Below, one piece after another: positions 42,712-51,909 of a DNA stretch of 64,000 nt. A program made the position numbers and the translations under genes. Each line of letters begins with the position of its first letter. Positions within the stretch are counted from its first letter, which is position 1. The notes below the pieces were generated by a model, which saw nothing but the letters and a program-made list of their open reading frames with translations, did not search any database and was not told where the DNA came from. The DNA comes from Roseibacillus sp. (GTDB lineage: Bacteria > Verrucomicrobiota > Verrucomicrobiia > Verrucomicrobiales > Akkermansiaceae), in assembly GCA_051251855.1 (NCBI GenBank), contig JBPOGI010000001.1, positions 1,760,001 to 1,824,000 of the forward strand. Direction: 5' to 3'.

Positions 42712-43257
42712 GTGATACCCACCCTTCCTGACCCTCAAAGTCCTCTCCGTGAAATCCTTGCGAGCTACCCCTCAGCCCGTAGAGCCCTCTTCGCGGCCTA
42801 CCATATTGGAGGCTGCCAATCCTGTGCTTTTTCTGAAGAAGACACTCTCGCCGAGGTTTGTCGACAAAATGATATCGACGAGCTCAAAGCACGGGAAACC
42901 ATCGCTCAAAGCCATCAAGAAGAGCAAGAACTCCTAATTTCTCCTCACCAACTCCAATCGGAACTCTCTTCTGAGCACCCTCCCAAGCTCATTGACACCC
43001 GCACGCGCGAAGAACACGAAGCGGTAAGAATAGAACCTTCCATCCTGCTGACTGAAAACACCTTATCATCCTTATCTACTGAAAACACGGAAGAGAGAAT
43101 CATCTTTTACGACCATCTTGGCTCCTCCGTTTTCGACCATGTCTCTTGGTTCCGCGGCCACGGCTTTAAGAAATGCTTCGCTCTTGAAGGCGGCATAGAT
43201 GCCTACGCCAAAAATGCCGACCCCTCCCTCGCCCGTTATCGCCTCGAGATGGACTAA
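42712..43257 (+). CDS. Rhodanese-domain protein with N-terminal GGCxxC domain
   Basis: ALFAAYHIGGCQSC; LIDTRTREEHE; LEGGIDAY; start uncertain (GTG 42712). Confidence 0.8.
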   Translation: MIPTLPDPQSPLREILASYPSARRALFAAYHIGGCQSCAFSEEDTLAEVCRQNDIDELKARETIAQSHQEEQELLISPHQLQSELSSEHPPKLIDTRTREEHEAVRIEPSILLTENTLSSLSTENTEERIIFYDHLGSSVFDHVSWFRGHGFKKCFALEGGIDAYAKNADPSLARYRLEMD

Positions 43258-43327
43258 GTCACACCAATCCGAAACCAGCTGATAACAAAAGAGCTCTCAC
43301 CACGTTCTTCTCCTCTCTCGTTCTTCC

Positions 43328-46300
43328 ATGATCTCCTTCTTCGCCCGCAATGACATCGCAACCAACATTCTTATGGTGGCGATTCTTATCGTGGCTGGCT
43401 GGTTTGCAGCGGAGAAAATTCCCTACGAGATCCAACCAAACGAGGTCTATAACGAAGTCCGAGTCAGAATTTCCTATCGAGGAGGTAACCCTGCCGACGT
43501 TGAGCGTGACGTCGCCATCCCCATCGAAAGAGCGCTCGAAGGCCTCGGCGGCGTCAAACGTCTCCGTACCGAGAGCAATCGCGGCGGCTGTGAGATCGAT
43601 GTCGAAGCCAAAGATGGAGTCGACCCCAAAGAACTTCTCGAAGAAGTCAAAGCTCGCATCGATCAGGTCAACACTTTCCCAAGTGAAACCGAGCCTCCAC
43701 GTTACTCTGTTCCATCGAGTGAACAACGGCGTGAAGTCCTTTCCGTTGCCGTTATGGGTGAGCTCAGCCAACACGACCTTCTCAATGCCACCCGCCTAGT
43801 CCGCGACCAAGTCTCAGCCCTCCCCGGCGTATCCACCACAGATATAGCAGGAAACACCCCGCTCGAAATTTCCATCGAAGCCAAACCCGACCGACTCCTT
43901 CACTTCGGCCTCTCCCTCAGCGACATCACCAACAGTATTCGCCGCTCGTCTATCGATCTTCCTGCCGGCCAAGTCAGCACCCCCTCCGGTAACGTGATGA
44001 TTCGCACGACCGGCCAAGCCTACTCCCGCGAACAATTTGAAGACATCGTCCTTCGCTCCCGTGACGGGGCTGAGATTCGCCTTGGAGATGTCGCTACCGT
44101 ATCCGACGGCTTCGAACAAAATCCCAAGATCGTCCGATTTAATGGCACCCCTGCCCTCATTGTCGAAGTCTTCCGTATTGGCGACCAAAGCGCGCTCGAA
44201 ATCTCCGATGCGGTGAAAGAATACGTCCGCACCTCGCCCTCTCGATTACCCTCAGGTATTTCTCTTTCTGTTTGGGACGACGACTCCATTGCCCTCCGAG
44301 GCCGCCTCTCCACCTTAACGAACTCTCTCGTTCAAGGAGCCATCCTCATTCTCATCGTCCTTGGGCTCTTTCTCAGACCCACCCTCGCCCTATGGATCCT
44401 TATCGGCATCCCCGTCGCCTTTGCCGGAGGAATCATTTTCATGCCCCTTCTAGGTGGCACCATCAACATGATGTCCCTCTTTGGATTCATCATCGTGTTA
44501 GGAATCGTCGTCGATGACGCCATTGTTACCGGAGAAAACATTTACACCAAACTTCGCGAAGGTCTCGAACCTACCGATGCGGCCATTCAAGGGACCAAGG
44601 AAGTTTCCACGCCCGTCACCTTTGGAATTATCACCACTGTTGTCGCCTTTATTCCTCTCATGTATATGCCCGACTCTTGGTCCTCGTATACCAAGCCCAT
44701 TCTTCCCGTCGTCGCCCCCGTCCTCCTTTTCTCACTTATTGAGTCCAAACTCATTCTTCCCTGCCACCTCAAACACCTCCGAACCAATCGCGACCGCAAA
44801 CGCCTCAACTGGTTCGAGCGCTTTCAACAGAAAATTGCCCACGGCTTGGAACTCTTTGTCGAAAAAGTATTTCAACCAATTCTCAACCTTGTCCTTCAAT
44901 TCCGCTATGCAGCCCTCGCTACCTTCCTCGCCATTGCGATGGCCTTTGGTGGCTATTGGAAAGGAGGCCACCTAGGATTTGTCACCCTGCCCTCCATGGA
45001 CCGCGATATGATCAACGCTTGGGTCGAGATGCCCAACGACACTCCCTTTGAGGAAACCGATCGAATGGTGAAACGTATGTATGCCGCCGCTCTCACCCTT
45101 CAGGAAGAGTTCACCGACCCCGCCACCGGTCAATCCATCATCACCAACGTCATCACCTCCACTGGCGGTTGGCACTCCCGCCGAAACATTGACCCCCGCC
45201 AAGGCTCCATCGCCTTCGAACTCCTTCCTCCCGAAAGACGTCCCAAGCAATTCTCTCGCATGAGAAATGCCGAAATCTCCCAACGTTACCGCGAAATCAT
45301 CGGCCCATTGGACGAGGAAGTTAGGCGCTTTAACATCTTCGGCGAGATGGGCGGCGGCCGCTACGGCGAAGACTCGGGACGCTCCATTGAGGTCCAAGTC
45401 AATGGACCTCATTCCCCCCAAAAGATGGAAGCCATGGACCGAATCGAAGAACTCTTCGACTCCTACCGACCTCGTGGCATCACTTCTACTTGGCATGATG
45501 CAGAGCGGGGCCGCGAAGAAATCCAACTCACACTTAAACCCCGTGCCACCGAGCTAGGCCTATCCCAAAGAGAACTCGCCTCCCAAGTCCGCGCCGCCTT
45601 CTTTGGCGAACAAGCCCAGCGTATCCAACGCGACCGCGACGACATTCGCGTCATGGTGCGCCTTCCCGAAAAAGACCGCGAAACCCTCGACACTCTCGAC
45701 AACCTCACCCTGCGCGCCCCCGGTGGAGCAGAAATCCCCTTCTCCGCAGCAGCCGACATCAAATTCACTCAGGCACCAGGGAAGCTCAATCGCATCAACG
45801 GTTCCCAGATCAATGAGTTCCGAGGCGAAGTCCGCGACGACGAAGTCCCCATCATGAGCATCGCCAAAGATGCGGCGCCGCAAATCGACGGAATCCTAGC
45901 AGGAACCGGCCTTACCTGGCAATACACCGGATTCATCGCCGACGATGGCGAAACCCTCCGCCGCACCCTCCTCGGCGCCGGGCTCCTTATCCTCACCCTC
46001 TATGCCCTTCTCGCTATTCCCTTCAAATCCATCATCCAACCCCTCTTCGTTTTACTCGCCATCCCCTTTGGCGTTATTGGGGCCATGCTCGGACACATCA
46101 TTCTTGACCAAACTCCCTCTTGGCTCTCGGTATTCGGCATCCTCGCTCTCACTGGCGTCGTCGTAAACGACTCTCTCGTCCTCGTCGACTTTATCAACCG
46201 TCGACGTGAATCCGGCCTCGACCTTCACCAAGCCGTTCTCCAAGCAGGGGCCAGACGCTTTCGTCCCATTCTACTCACTTCCCTCACCACCTTCGCTGGC

Positions 46301-46531
46301 CTCATGCCCCTCATGGCGGAAACCTCTCTCCAAGCCCAATTCCTCAAGCCTATGGCCATCTCCCTCGCTTACGGAATCCTTTTCGCCACCTTCATCACTC
46401 TCCTCCTAATTCCTACCGCCTACCTCATCACCGAAGACATCAAGAACCTCTTCCAAAAATTCTGCCAGTGGTATCAAGCTCCCTTTAAGGACAAAGAACA
46501 GACTCGCAAAGTAGCGGAAGAAAAGGCCTGA
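43328..46531 (+). CDS. RND efflux transporter permease subunit
   Basis: GIVVDDAIV.GENI, VVNDSLVLVD, RFRPILLTSLTT; 1067 aa. Confidence 0.93.
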   Translation: MISFFARNDIATNILMVAILIVAGWFAAEKIPYEIQPNEVYNEVRVRISYRGGNPADVERDVAIPIERALEGLGGVKRLRTESNRGGCEIDVEAKDGVDPKELLEEVKARIDQVNTFPSETEPPRYSVPSSEQRREVLSVAVMGELSQHDLLNATRLVRDQVSALPGVSTTDIAGNTPLEISIEAKPDRLLHFGLSLSDITNSIRRSSIDLPAGQVSTPSGNVMIRTTGQAYSREQFEDIVLRSRDGAEIRLGDVATVSDGFEQNPKIVRFNGTPALIVEVFRIGDQSALEISDAVKEYVRTSPSRLPSGISLSVWDDDSIALRGRLSTLTNSLVQGAILILIVLGLFLRPTLALWILIGIPVAFAGGIIFMPLLGGTINMMSLFGFIIVLGIVVDDAIVTGENIYTKLREGLEPTDAAIQGTKEVSTPVTFGIITTVVAFIPLMYMPDSWSSYTKPILPVVAPVLLFSLIESKLILPCHLKHLRTNRDRKRLNWFERFQQKIAHGLELFVEKVFQPILNLVLQFRYAALATFLAIAMAFGGYWKGGHLGFVTLPSMDRDMINAWVEMPNDTPFEETDRMVKRMYAAALTLQEEFTDPATGQSIITNVITSTGGWHSRRNIDPRQGSIAFELLPPERRPKQFSRMRNAEISQRYREIIGPLDEEVRRFNIFGEMGGGRYGEDSGRSIEVQVNGPHSPQKMEAMDRIEELFDSYRPRGITSTWHDAERGREEIQLTLKPRATELGLSQRELASQVRAAFFGEQAQRIQRDRDDIRVMVRLPEKDRETLDTLDNLTLRAPGGAEIPFSAAADIKFTQAPGKLNRINGSQINEFRGEVRDDEVPIMSIAKDAAPQIDGILAGTGLTWQYTGFIADDGETLRRTLLGAGLLILTLYALLAIPFKSIIQPLFVLLAIPFGVIGAMLGHIILDQTPSWLSVFGILALTGVVVNDSLVLVDFINRRRESGLDLHQAVLQAGARRFRPILLTSLTTFAGLMPLMAETSLQAQFLKPMAISLAYGILFATFITLLLIPTAYLITEDIKNLFQKFCQWYQAPFKDKEQTRKVAEEKA

Positions 46532-46543
46532 GTCTCTTTTGAC

Positions 46544-47680
46544 ATGAAACCGCTACCCCTCCTCCTCACTCTCTTAGGAGTCGCCCTCATTGGCGCGCTC
46601 GTCCTCACTCTTCGCAAACCCTCCGAGGACCAACTCAGCAGCTCCCAGCTCAGCCCCATTCCCGACGCGCCCCTCCCCATCGACTTTCAGGAGCCGGAAT
46701 TCCCTCTCCCGCAACCACCCATCCTCGAAGAAAACCTCACCCCCGATCCTCAACTCGTTTCCTTCGTAGAAGGTCACCTTGGCCTGACCTTCAGCAAACC
46801 ACCCATCTTCACCCCCACCCCAGCCGAAGACATCATTGGTCCTATCGAACTAGGCATCGCTGACCACCTCACACACAAACAACTCACTGAACTCAACCTT
46901 GTTTGCCACCGACTTAAACTCTTACCAGCCTTCCAGCAAATCGACCACAATGCCGTCACCATTCTCGCCGGCGAAGTCCGAGGCCTTATCACACCCACCC
47001 GTAACCTCGTCCTTAACGACCTTCAACCCTCTTCCCCACCCGAACAAGCTGCCCTTGTCAACCTCCTCGCCCAGCGACTCCTGACCCAAGAGATCCCATT
47101 TCCTAAAAAGAGTGCCTCCATTGACCAAATCCTAGCTCGTCACTTCACAGTCCAAAGCCTCTCTTTCGCCGCCGAAAAAGAATTCCGTAAAACTCTCCCC
47201 GAGTATCCCGCCTCCCTCAACGAGAACCTTCGCGAAAGCATCCTCCTTGGCCTCCCCGCCTTCTTCCACGAACTCTCCACCTTCTCAGAATTCCATCTCT
47301 GGAAGAAACTTCAGGCCAGCACTCCGTCCCAAGCCATCGCCCAACTTTCAACCATCTCGTCAACCCCGTCGCGAGACCTTCTAGCCTTTCCCTTTGCAAC
47401 TGAGCCCTCCAACGAATCCAGTCACCTCGGAGCCATCCCCCTCTACCTCATCCTCCTTGAAGCCACCGATCCCACCACCGCCAGCACTCTCGCCACCGCT
47501 CTCATTGGCGACTCCATCGAACTCAACGAAGACCTTCTCACTTGGACTCTCACTTTCTCATCTGAAAAAAGCGTCCCTCGCGCTGCCGAGTTCTTCCGCA
47601 GCTACTTCTCCCTTCGCGACTCAGAACGAAAAATCAAAATTACCGTCGATTCTAACCAACTGCTTATCCAAAGCCGATAA
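46544..47680 (+). CDS. Hypothetical exported protein
   Basis: N-terminal signal/TM and Pro-rich linker; long ORF co-oriented with the RND gene. Confidence 0.6.
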   Translation: MKPLPLLLTLLGVALIGALVLTLRKPSEDQLSSSQLSPIPDAPLPIDFQEPEFPLPQPPILEENLTPDPQLVSFVEGHLGLTFSKPPIFTPTPAEDIIGPIELGIADHLTHKQLTELNLVCHRLKLLPAFQQIDHNAVTILAGEVRGLITPTRNLVLNDLQPSSPPEQAALVNLLAQRLLTQEIPFPKKSASIDQILARHFTVQSLSFAAEKEFRKTLPEYPASLNENLRESILLGLPAFFHELSTFSEFHLWKKLQASTPSQAIAQLSTISSTPSRDLLAFPFATEPSNESSHLGAIPLYLILLEATDPTTASTLATALIGDSIELNEDLLTWTLTFSSEKSVPRAAEFFRSYFSLRDSERKIKITVDSNQLLIQSR

Positions 47681-47729
47681 GCTCGGAGGCCTTGGCTTCG
47701 CGACACTTTGATTCGAAAGCGATCCCACC

Positions 47730-48581
47730 CTACAGGGCGCCTCCACTCCAAGACAGCTTCTTCCTCAGCGTCTCATAGAACGAGTGCCCGGGCAATCTCA
47801 CCACCCGCAGCGGTTCTGGAGCCTTATCAACGACCACCACACTATCCGGTGCTACTCTCAGAATATCCCTGCCATCTACCGTGAACAAAATAGGTTCCGG
47901 ATGATTTGCGCTGGGCGAAAGCTCTACCACCGAATCATCACCAATCACTAATGAACGGCCACTCAAGGTATGCGGACAAATCGGCGTCATCACCATCACC
48001 TCAGCCCTCGGCCCCACCAGCGGGCCGCCTGCTGCCAACGAGTAAGCCGTCGAACCAGTCGGAGTAGCTACAATCAAACCATCGGCCCGATATTCATTCA
48101 AAATCTCGCCATCCACCTTTGCCTCCAGCGAGACCAACCTTCCCGTCTCACCCCTCATTAAAACCACTTCGTTCAACGCCAAAAATTCGTGCTCTACTCC
48201 CTCGTCATCAAACATTCGCACCCGCAGCATACTCCGTTCAATTTCCAGATGCTCCCCCACCGTCACCACCTCTGCCAACTCATCAACTTGCTCATCCTGA
48301 CAAGCTGTCAAAAAACCAAGATGACCAATATTTACTCCCGCTACCGGCACCGGACAACCGCCCATGCGATGCAACGTCTCCAAGAACGTCCCATCTCCCC
48401 CAATAGAGATCACCAAATCCGTCCCTTCCCAGAACTTTTCAACTCCTGGCATTCCGACGACTTCGCCACCCTCAGTATCAATCACCACTGACCAGCCCCG
48501 CTGCTCAAAAGCAGTCCGCACCCGTCCAAAAGCCTCCACCACGTCTGGCTTCCGTGGATTGACAAAAACTCCTAATTTCAT
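47730..48581 (-). CDS. nadK: NAD(+) kinase
   Basis: GGDGT, GHLGFL, NE, DGLIVATPTGSTAYSLAAGG. Confidence 0.95.
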   Translation of the reverse strand: MKLGVFVNPRKPDVVEAFGRVRTAFEQRGWSVVIDTEGGEVVGMPGVEKFWEGTDLVISIGGDGTFLETLHRMGGCPVPVAGVNIGHLGFLTACQDEQVDELAEVVTVGEHLEIERSMLRVRMFDDEGVEHEFLALNEVVLMRGETGRLVSLEAKVDGEILNEYRADGLIVATPTGSTAYSLAAGGPLVGPRAEVMVMTPICPHTLSGRSLVIGDDSVVELSPSANHPEPILFTVDGRDILRVAPDSVVVVDKAPEPLRVVRLPGHSFYETLRKKLSWSGGAL

Positions 48582-48609
48582 TCCCGAGTAGTGTGACCGA
48601 CTTTTGCCC

Positions 48610-49329
48610 TTAAAACCATCCTAAGAATTCCACATTGCCATCCATCCCTTGAATCGGGCTCTCAATCACTCCCCGCCACTCTCTCCCCGACTCCTCGACA
48701 AAGCCTCTAATCTTATCCACCGCCTTCTGCCTCAGCTCTGGCTCTCGCACGATTCCTCCCTTACTCACCTCATCCCGCGACAACTCGAACTGCGGTTTAA
48801 TTAGCGCCACCACCTGCCCCTCCTCCTTCAAAACCGAGAAAACCGCCGGCAACACCTTCGTCATCGAAATAAAGGACAAATCCAACACCGCTATATCTAC
48901 CGGCTCTCCCAAATCCGCTACCGTCAAATTGCGCGAATTGAACTTCTCCTTCACAATCACTCGCGGATCCGTCCGCAGCTTATACACCAATTGATTCGTC
49001 CCCACATCCACCGCATGCACCCGCGACGCTCCCCTTTGTAAAAGGCAATCCGTAAAGCCCCCCGTCGACGATCCCGTATCGAGACAAACAAAGTCCGTCA
49101 CCTCGATGCCAAACTGCTCCAGCGCCCCCTCCAATTTCAGCCCCCCACGCCCCACGAACTTTGGCTTCTCACGCACGCTCAAGTCACCATCGACTGGCAC
49201 CTTCGTCGAAGCCTTACTCACACGCTCCGTCCCCAAGAACACCTCGCCTGCCATCACGAGACGCTTCGCGATCTCGCGCGACTCACACAGTCCACGCGAT
49301 ACTAACAAACTATCGACTCGTTCTTTCAC
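48610..49329 (-). CDS. tlyA: TlyA family rRNA methyltransferase
   Basis: S4 domain; RGGLKL, GSSTGGFTD, LIKPQFE, GNVEFL. Confidence 0.95.
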   Translation of the reverse strand: MKERVDSLLVSRGLCESREIAKRLVMAGEVFLGTERVSKASTKVPVDGDLSVREKPKFVGRGGLKLEGALEQFGIEVTDFVCLDTGSSTGGFTDCLLQRGASRVHAVDVGTNQLVYKLRTDPRVIVKEKFNSRNLTVADLGEPVDIAVLDLSFISMTKVLPAVFSVLKEEGQVVALIKPQFELSRDEVSKGGIVREPELRQKAVDKIRGFVEESGREWRGVIESPIQGMDGNVEFLGWF

Positions 49330-50438
49330 GCGCGGTTAATGGCATCAATCATCATTCTCAACTTCCCAAAACTGCCCTTTCGATTACGAAAAACCAACCG
49401 CGGCAACTCACTCAACTCAGGCTCATCATCTTCGGCCTCCAACGGACCACTCATTTCCATCGGCCCTGACGTCACCAGAGTCGCAAAATCCTCCTCTAAC
49501 TGAGCAACAAACTCCGCACTCAACTCCTTCTTTAACCGAATGACAATCTTATCCCCCACATAACGGTAGCTGTGATAATTGCGGTAGAACCCTGTAATCT
49601 CGGCCACTGCCTCCTCGACATCATCCGTCACTTTGAATAGCGCAAAGTCATGATCCGAAATTAACTTCAACCGGTGCAAATGCTCCTCAATGAATTGATT
49701 CCAAAACTTCCAATAAGTGCCCCCCGGCGCATCTAACAACACAATTGGATAGACCGTCGCCTTCCCCGTCTGAATCAATGTTAGCGCCTCGAAAACCTCA
49801 TCCATCGTCCCAAAACCACCCGGACAACCCACCGCTGCGTCCACCTCCTTTACAAAGGCCAGCTTGCGCGTGAAAAAGTAATCATAATCAATGAGCTTCG
49901 CATCGCCTTTGATAAACTCATTGGCCGAAGCCTCGAACGGCAACGTGATATTAAGTCCAAAGGAATCATCACGCCCCGCCCCCTCATTACCCGCCGCCAT
50001 GATACCTGGCCCCGCCCCTGTCACCGTCATATAACCTTCTTCGCACATCCGCCGCGCGAACTTAACCGTCGTCTGATACTCAGGTTCCTCCGGCTTCGTG
50101 CGCGCTGAACCATAAATCGCGATCTTCCGGCAATTGCGATAGGGATGAAAGACCTCCTCTGTGACCTGCATCTCCTTAAGAGCCCGATTCATCAGCTTAA
50201 AGTCGGCCTGTTCCGTGCGGCTGCGCGCCACCCTCACCGCCGTCGTCATCAATTCAGCCAAAAGACAAACTCGACTTTCGTCTTCCTCCACTTCTCGCGC
50301 CAGCCCCATAATACGGTCATCTGTCTCACTATCGCCCGTTGTTCCTACAAAAGAACACGAAAACGAACGCGTCATTCCCGCCGTAAAGTCACGTTCCACC
50401 GGAATCTTAGTCGGTTGCACCTGCTGAGCCATATCCAA
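49326..50438 (-). CDS. LOG family protein (TIGR00730-like)
   Basis: YGSART, TGAGPGIM, YFFTRK, PGGFGTMDE. Confidence 0.88.
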   Translation of the reverse strand: MDMAQQVQPTKIPVERDFTAGMTRSFSCSFVGTTGDSETDDRIMGLAREVEEDESRVCLLAELMTTAVRVARSRTEQADFKLMNRALKEMQVTEEVFHPYRNCRKIAIYGSARTKPEEPEYQTTVKFARRMCEEGYMTVTGAGPGIMAAGNEGAGRDDSFGLNITLPFEASANEFIKGDAKLIDYDYFFTRKLAFVKEVDAAVGCPGGFGTMDEVFEALTLIQTGKATVYPIVLLDAPGGTYWKFWNQFIEEHLHRLKLISDHDFALFKVTDDVEEAVAEITGFYRNYHSYRYVGDKIVIRLKKELSAEFVAQLEEDFATLVTSGPMEMSGPLEAEDDEPELSELPRLVFRNRKGSFGKLRMMIDAINRA

Positions 50439-50533
50439 GAGCCTGAATCACCCACCAAATTCAGCAAGAACCTTGCGCCCGCTTTGCCGTCATCAGGAGT
50501 GGATTTTTTTCAACCCTCAGGCATGGTTTCTTC

Positions 50534-51856
50534 ATGAATCTGGCCGCTCTCCCTTCCGTGGAAAAACTTTCGCAACAACTTGCCAAAAACTCCCAACTGC
50601 CCAAGTCCCTCGTCGTTGGCTTCGTCAAGCGCCACCTCACACCCTACCGCGAACGCCTCCAGTCGGGAGAAGAACTCACCCGCGAGGACATCACCTCCGG
50701 CATCACCTCTGCCCTCGAAACCTTCGAAAGCTCCCGCCTCCAGCCCGTCCTCAACGGCACCGGCATCCTCATCCACACCAATCTCGGGCGCTCTCCCCTC
50801 GGTCACCGTGCCGCTCAAGCTGTCTACGATGTTGCCACCAACTACTGCAACCTCGAGATCGACCTTACCACCGGCAAGCGCGGCAAGCGCGGAGCCTTCC
50901 TCGAAGAAGCCCTCGCTATCCTTGTCGAAGCCGAAGCTGCCACCGTCGTCAACAACTGCGCCGCTTCCCTCGTCCTCACCCTCCGCGCCCTCATCGCCGA
51001 AGGCAAAACCGAAGTCATCGTCTCCCGAGGCGAACTCGTTGAAATCGGCGGTGGCTTCCGCATCCCCGACATCCTCGAAACCTCCGGCGCCAAGCTCGTC
51101 GAAGTCGGCGCCACCAACAAGACTCACCTCCACGATTACGAAAAGGCCATCACCGAGCGCACTGCCCTCATCCTCAAAGTCCATCGCTCTAACTTCTATC
51201 TCGGCGGTTTCACCGGAGAACCCGAACTCGAAGACCTCTTTCAACTCGCCAAGAATCACAACATCCCCCTTGTAGAAGACCTCGGCTCCGGCGCCCTCAT
51301 GCACACCGACCACCTCGCCCCAATCGAGCATGAGCCCCGCCCGCAAGAGCAACTCGGACGCGGAATCGAGCTCGTCCTTTTCTCCGGCGACAAGCTCCTC
51401 GGCGGCCCTCAAGCTGGCATCATCGCAGGTCGCGCCGACTTGGTCGAAAAAATCAAAAGCGAACCCTTCTACCGCGCCGTCCGCCCCGACAAACTCATTC
51501 TAACAGCCCTCCAAGAAGTGGTCGTTGACTACCTCACCATCAAAGACGACCCCACCCGCCTCGACCTCGTTCCCGTCCTCGAGATGCTCAACCAAACTCC
51601 TGAAGACCTGCAGGAAAAAGCCACCGCCCTTCAGGAGCGCATCGGGGGCGAATCCGAAGTCGTCCCCACCACCGGAGCAACCGGCGGCGGCACAATGCCC
51701 CAAGCTCACTTCCCCTCCATTGCAGTCAGAACAAAAGACAAGCCCAAGCTCCCTCATCTCTTCACCCGGGTCGAAGACGATCAACATCACACCGACCCCC
51801 GCACCCTCCGCGAACCATCCAAGAGTGAGGCAGTCTCGCCGAGGCAGCCGCAATAG
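50534..51856 (+). CDS. selA: L-seryl-tRNA(Sec) selenium transferase
   Basis: NGTGILIHTNLGR, VNNCAA, SRGELVEIGGGFRIPD, EDLGSG, FSGDKLLGGPQ (PLP Lys). Confidence 0.95.
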   Translation: MNLAALPSVEKLSQQLAKNSQLPKSLVVGFVKRHLTPYRERLQSGEELTREDITSGITSALETFESSRLQPVLNGTGILIHTNLGRSPLGHRAAQAVYDVATNYCNLEIDLTTGKRGKRGAFLEEALAILVEAEAATVVNNCAASLVLTLRALIAEGKTEVIVSRGELVEIGGGFRIPDILETSGAKLVEVGATNKTHLHDYEKAITERTALILKVHRSNFYLGGFTGEPELEDLFQLAKNHNIPLVEDLGSGALMHTDHLAPIEHEPRPQEQLGRGIELVLFSGDKLLGGPQAGIIAGRADLVEKIKSEPFYRAVRPDKLILTALQEVVVDYLTIKDDPTRLDLVPVLEMLNQTPEDLQEKATALQERIGGESEVVPTTGATGGGTMPQAHFPSIAVRTKDKPKLPHLFTRVEDDQHHTDPRTLREPSKSEAVSPRQPQ

Positions 51857-51909
51857 AGAACCTTCCCATGGAATAGACACCCCCTCCCATTCGTCCCATC
51901 CCCAACGAC

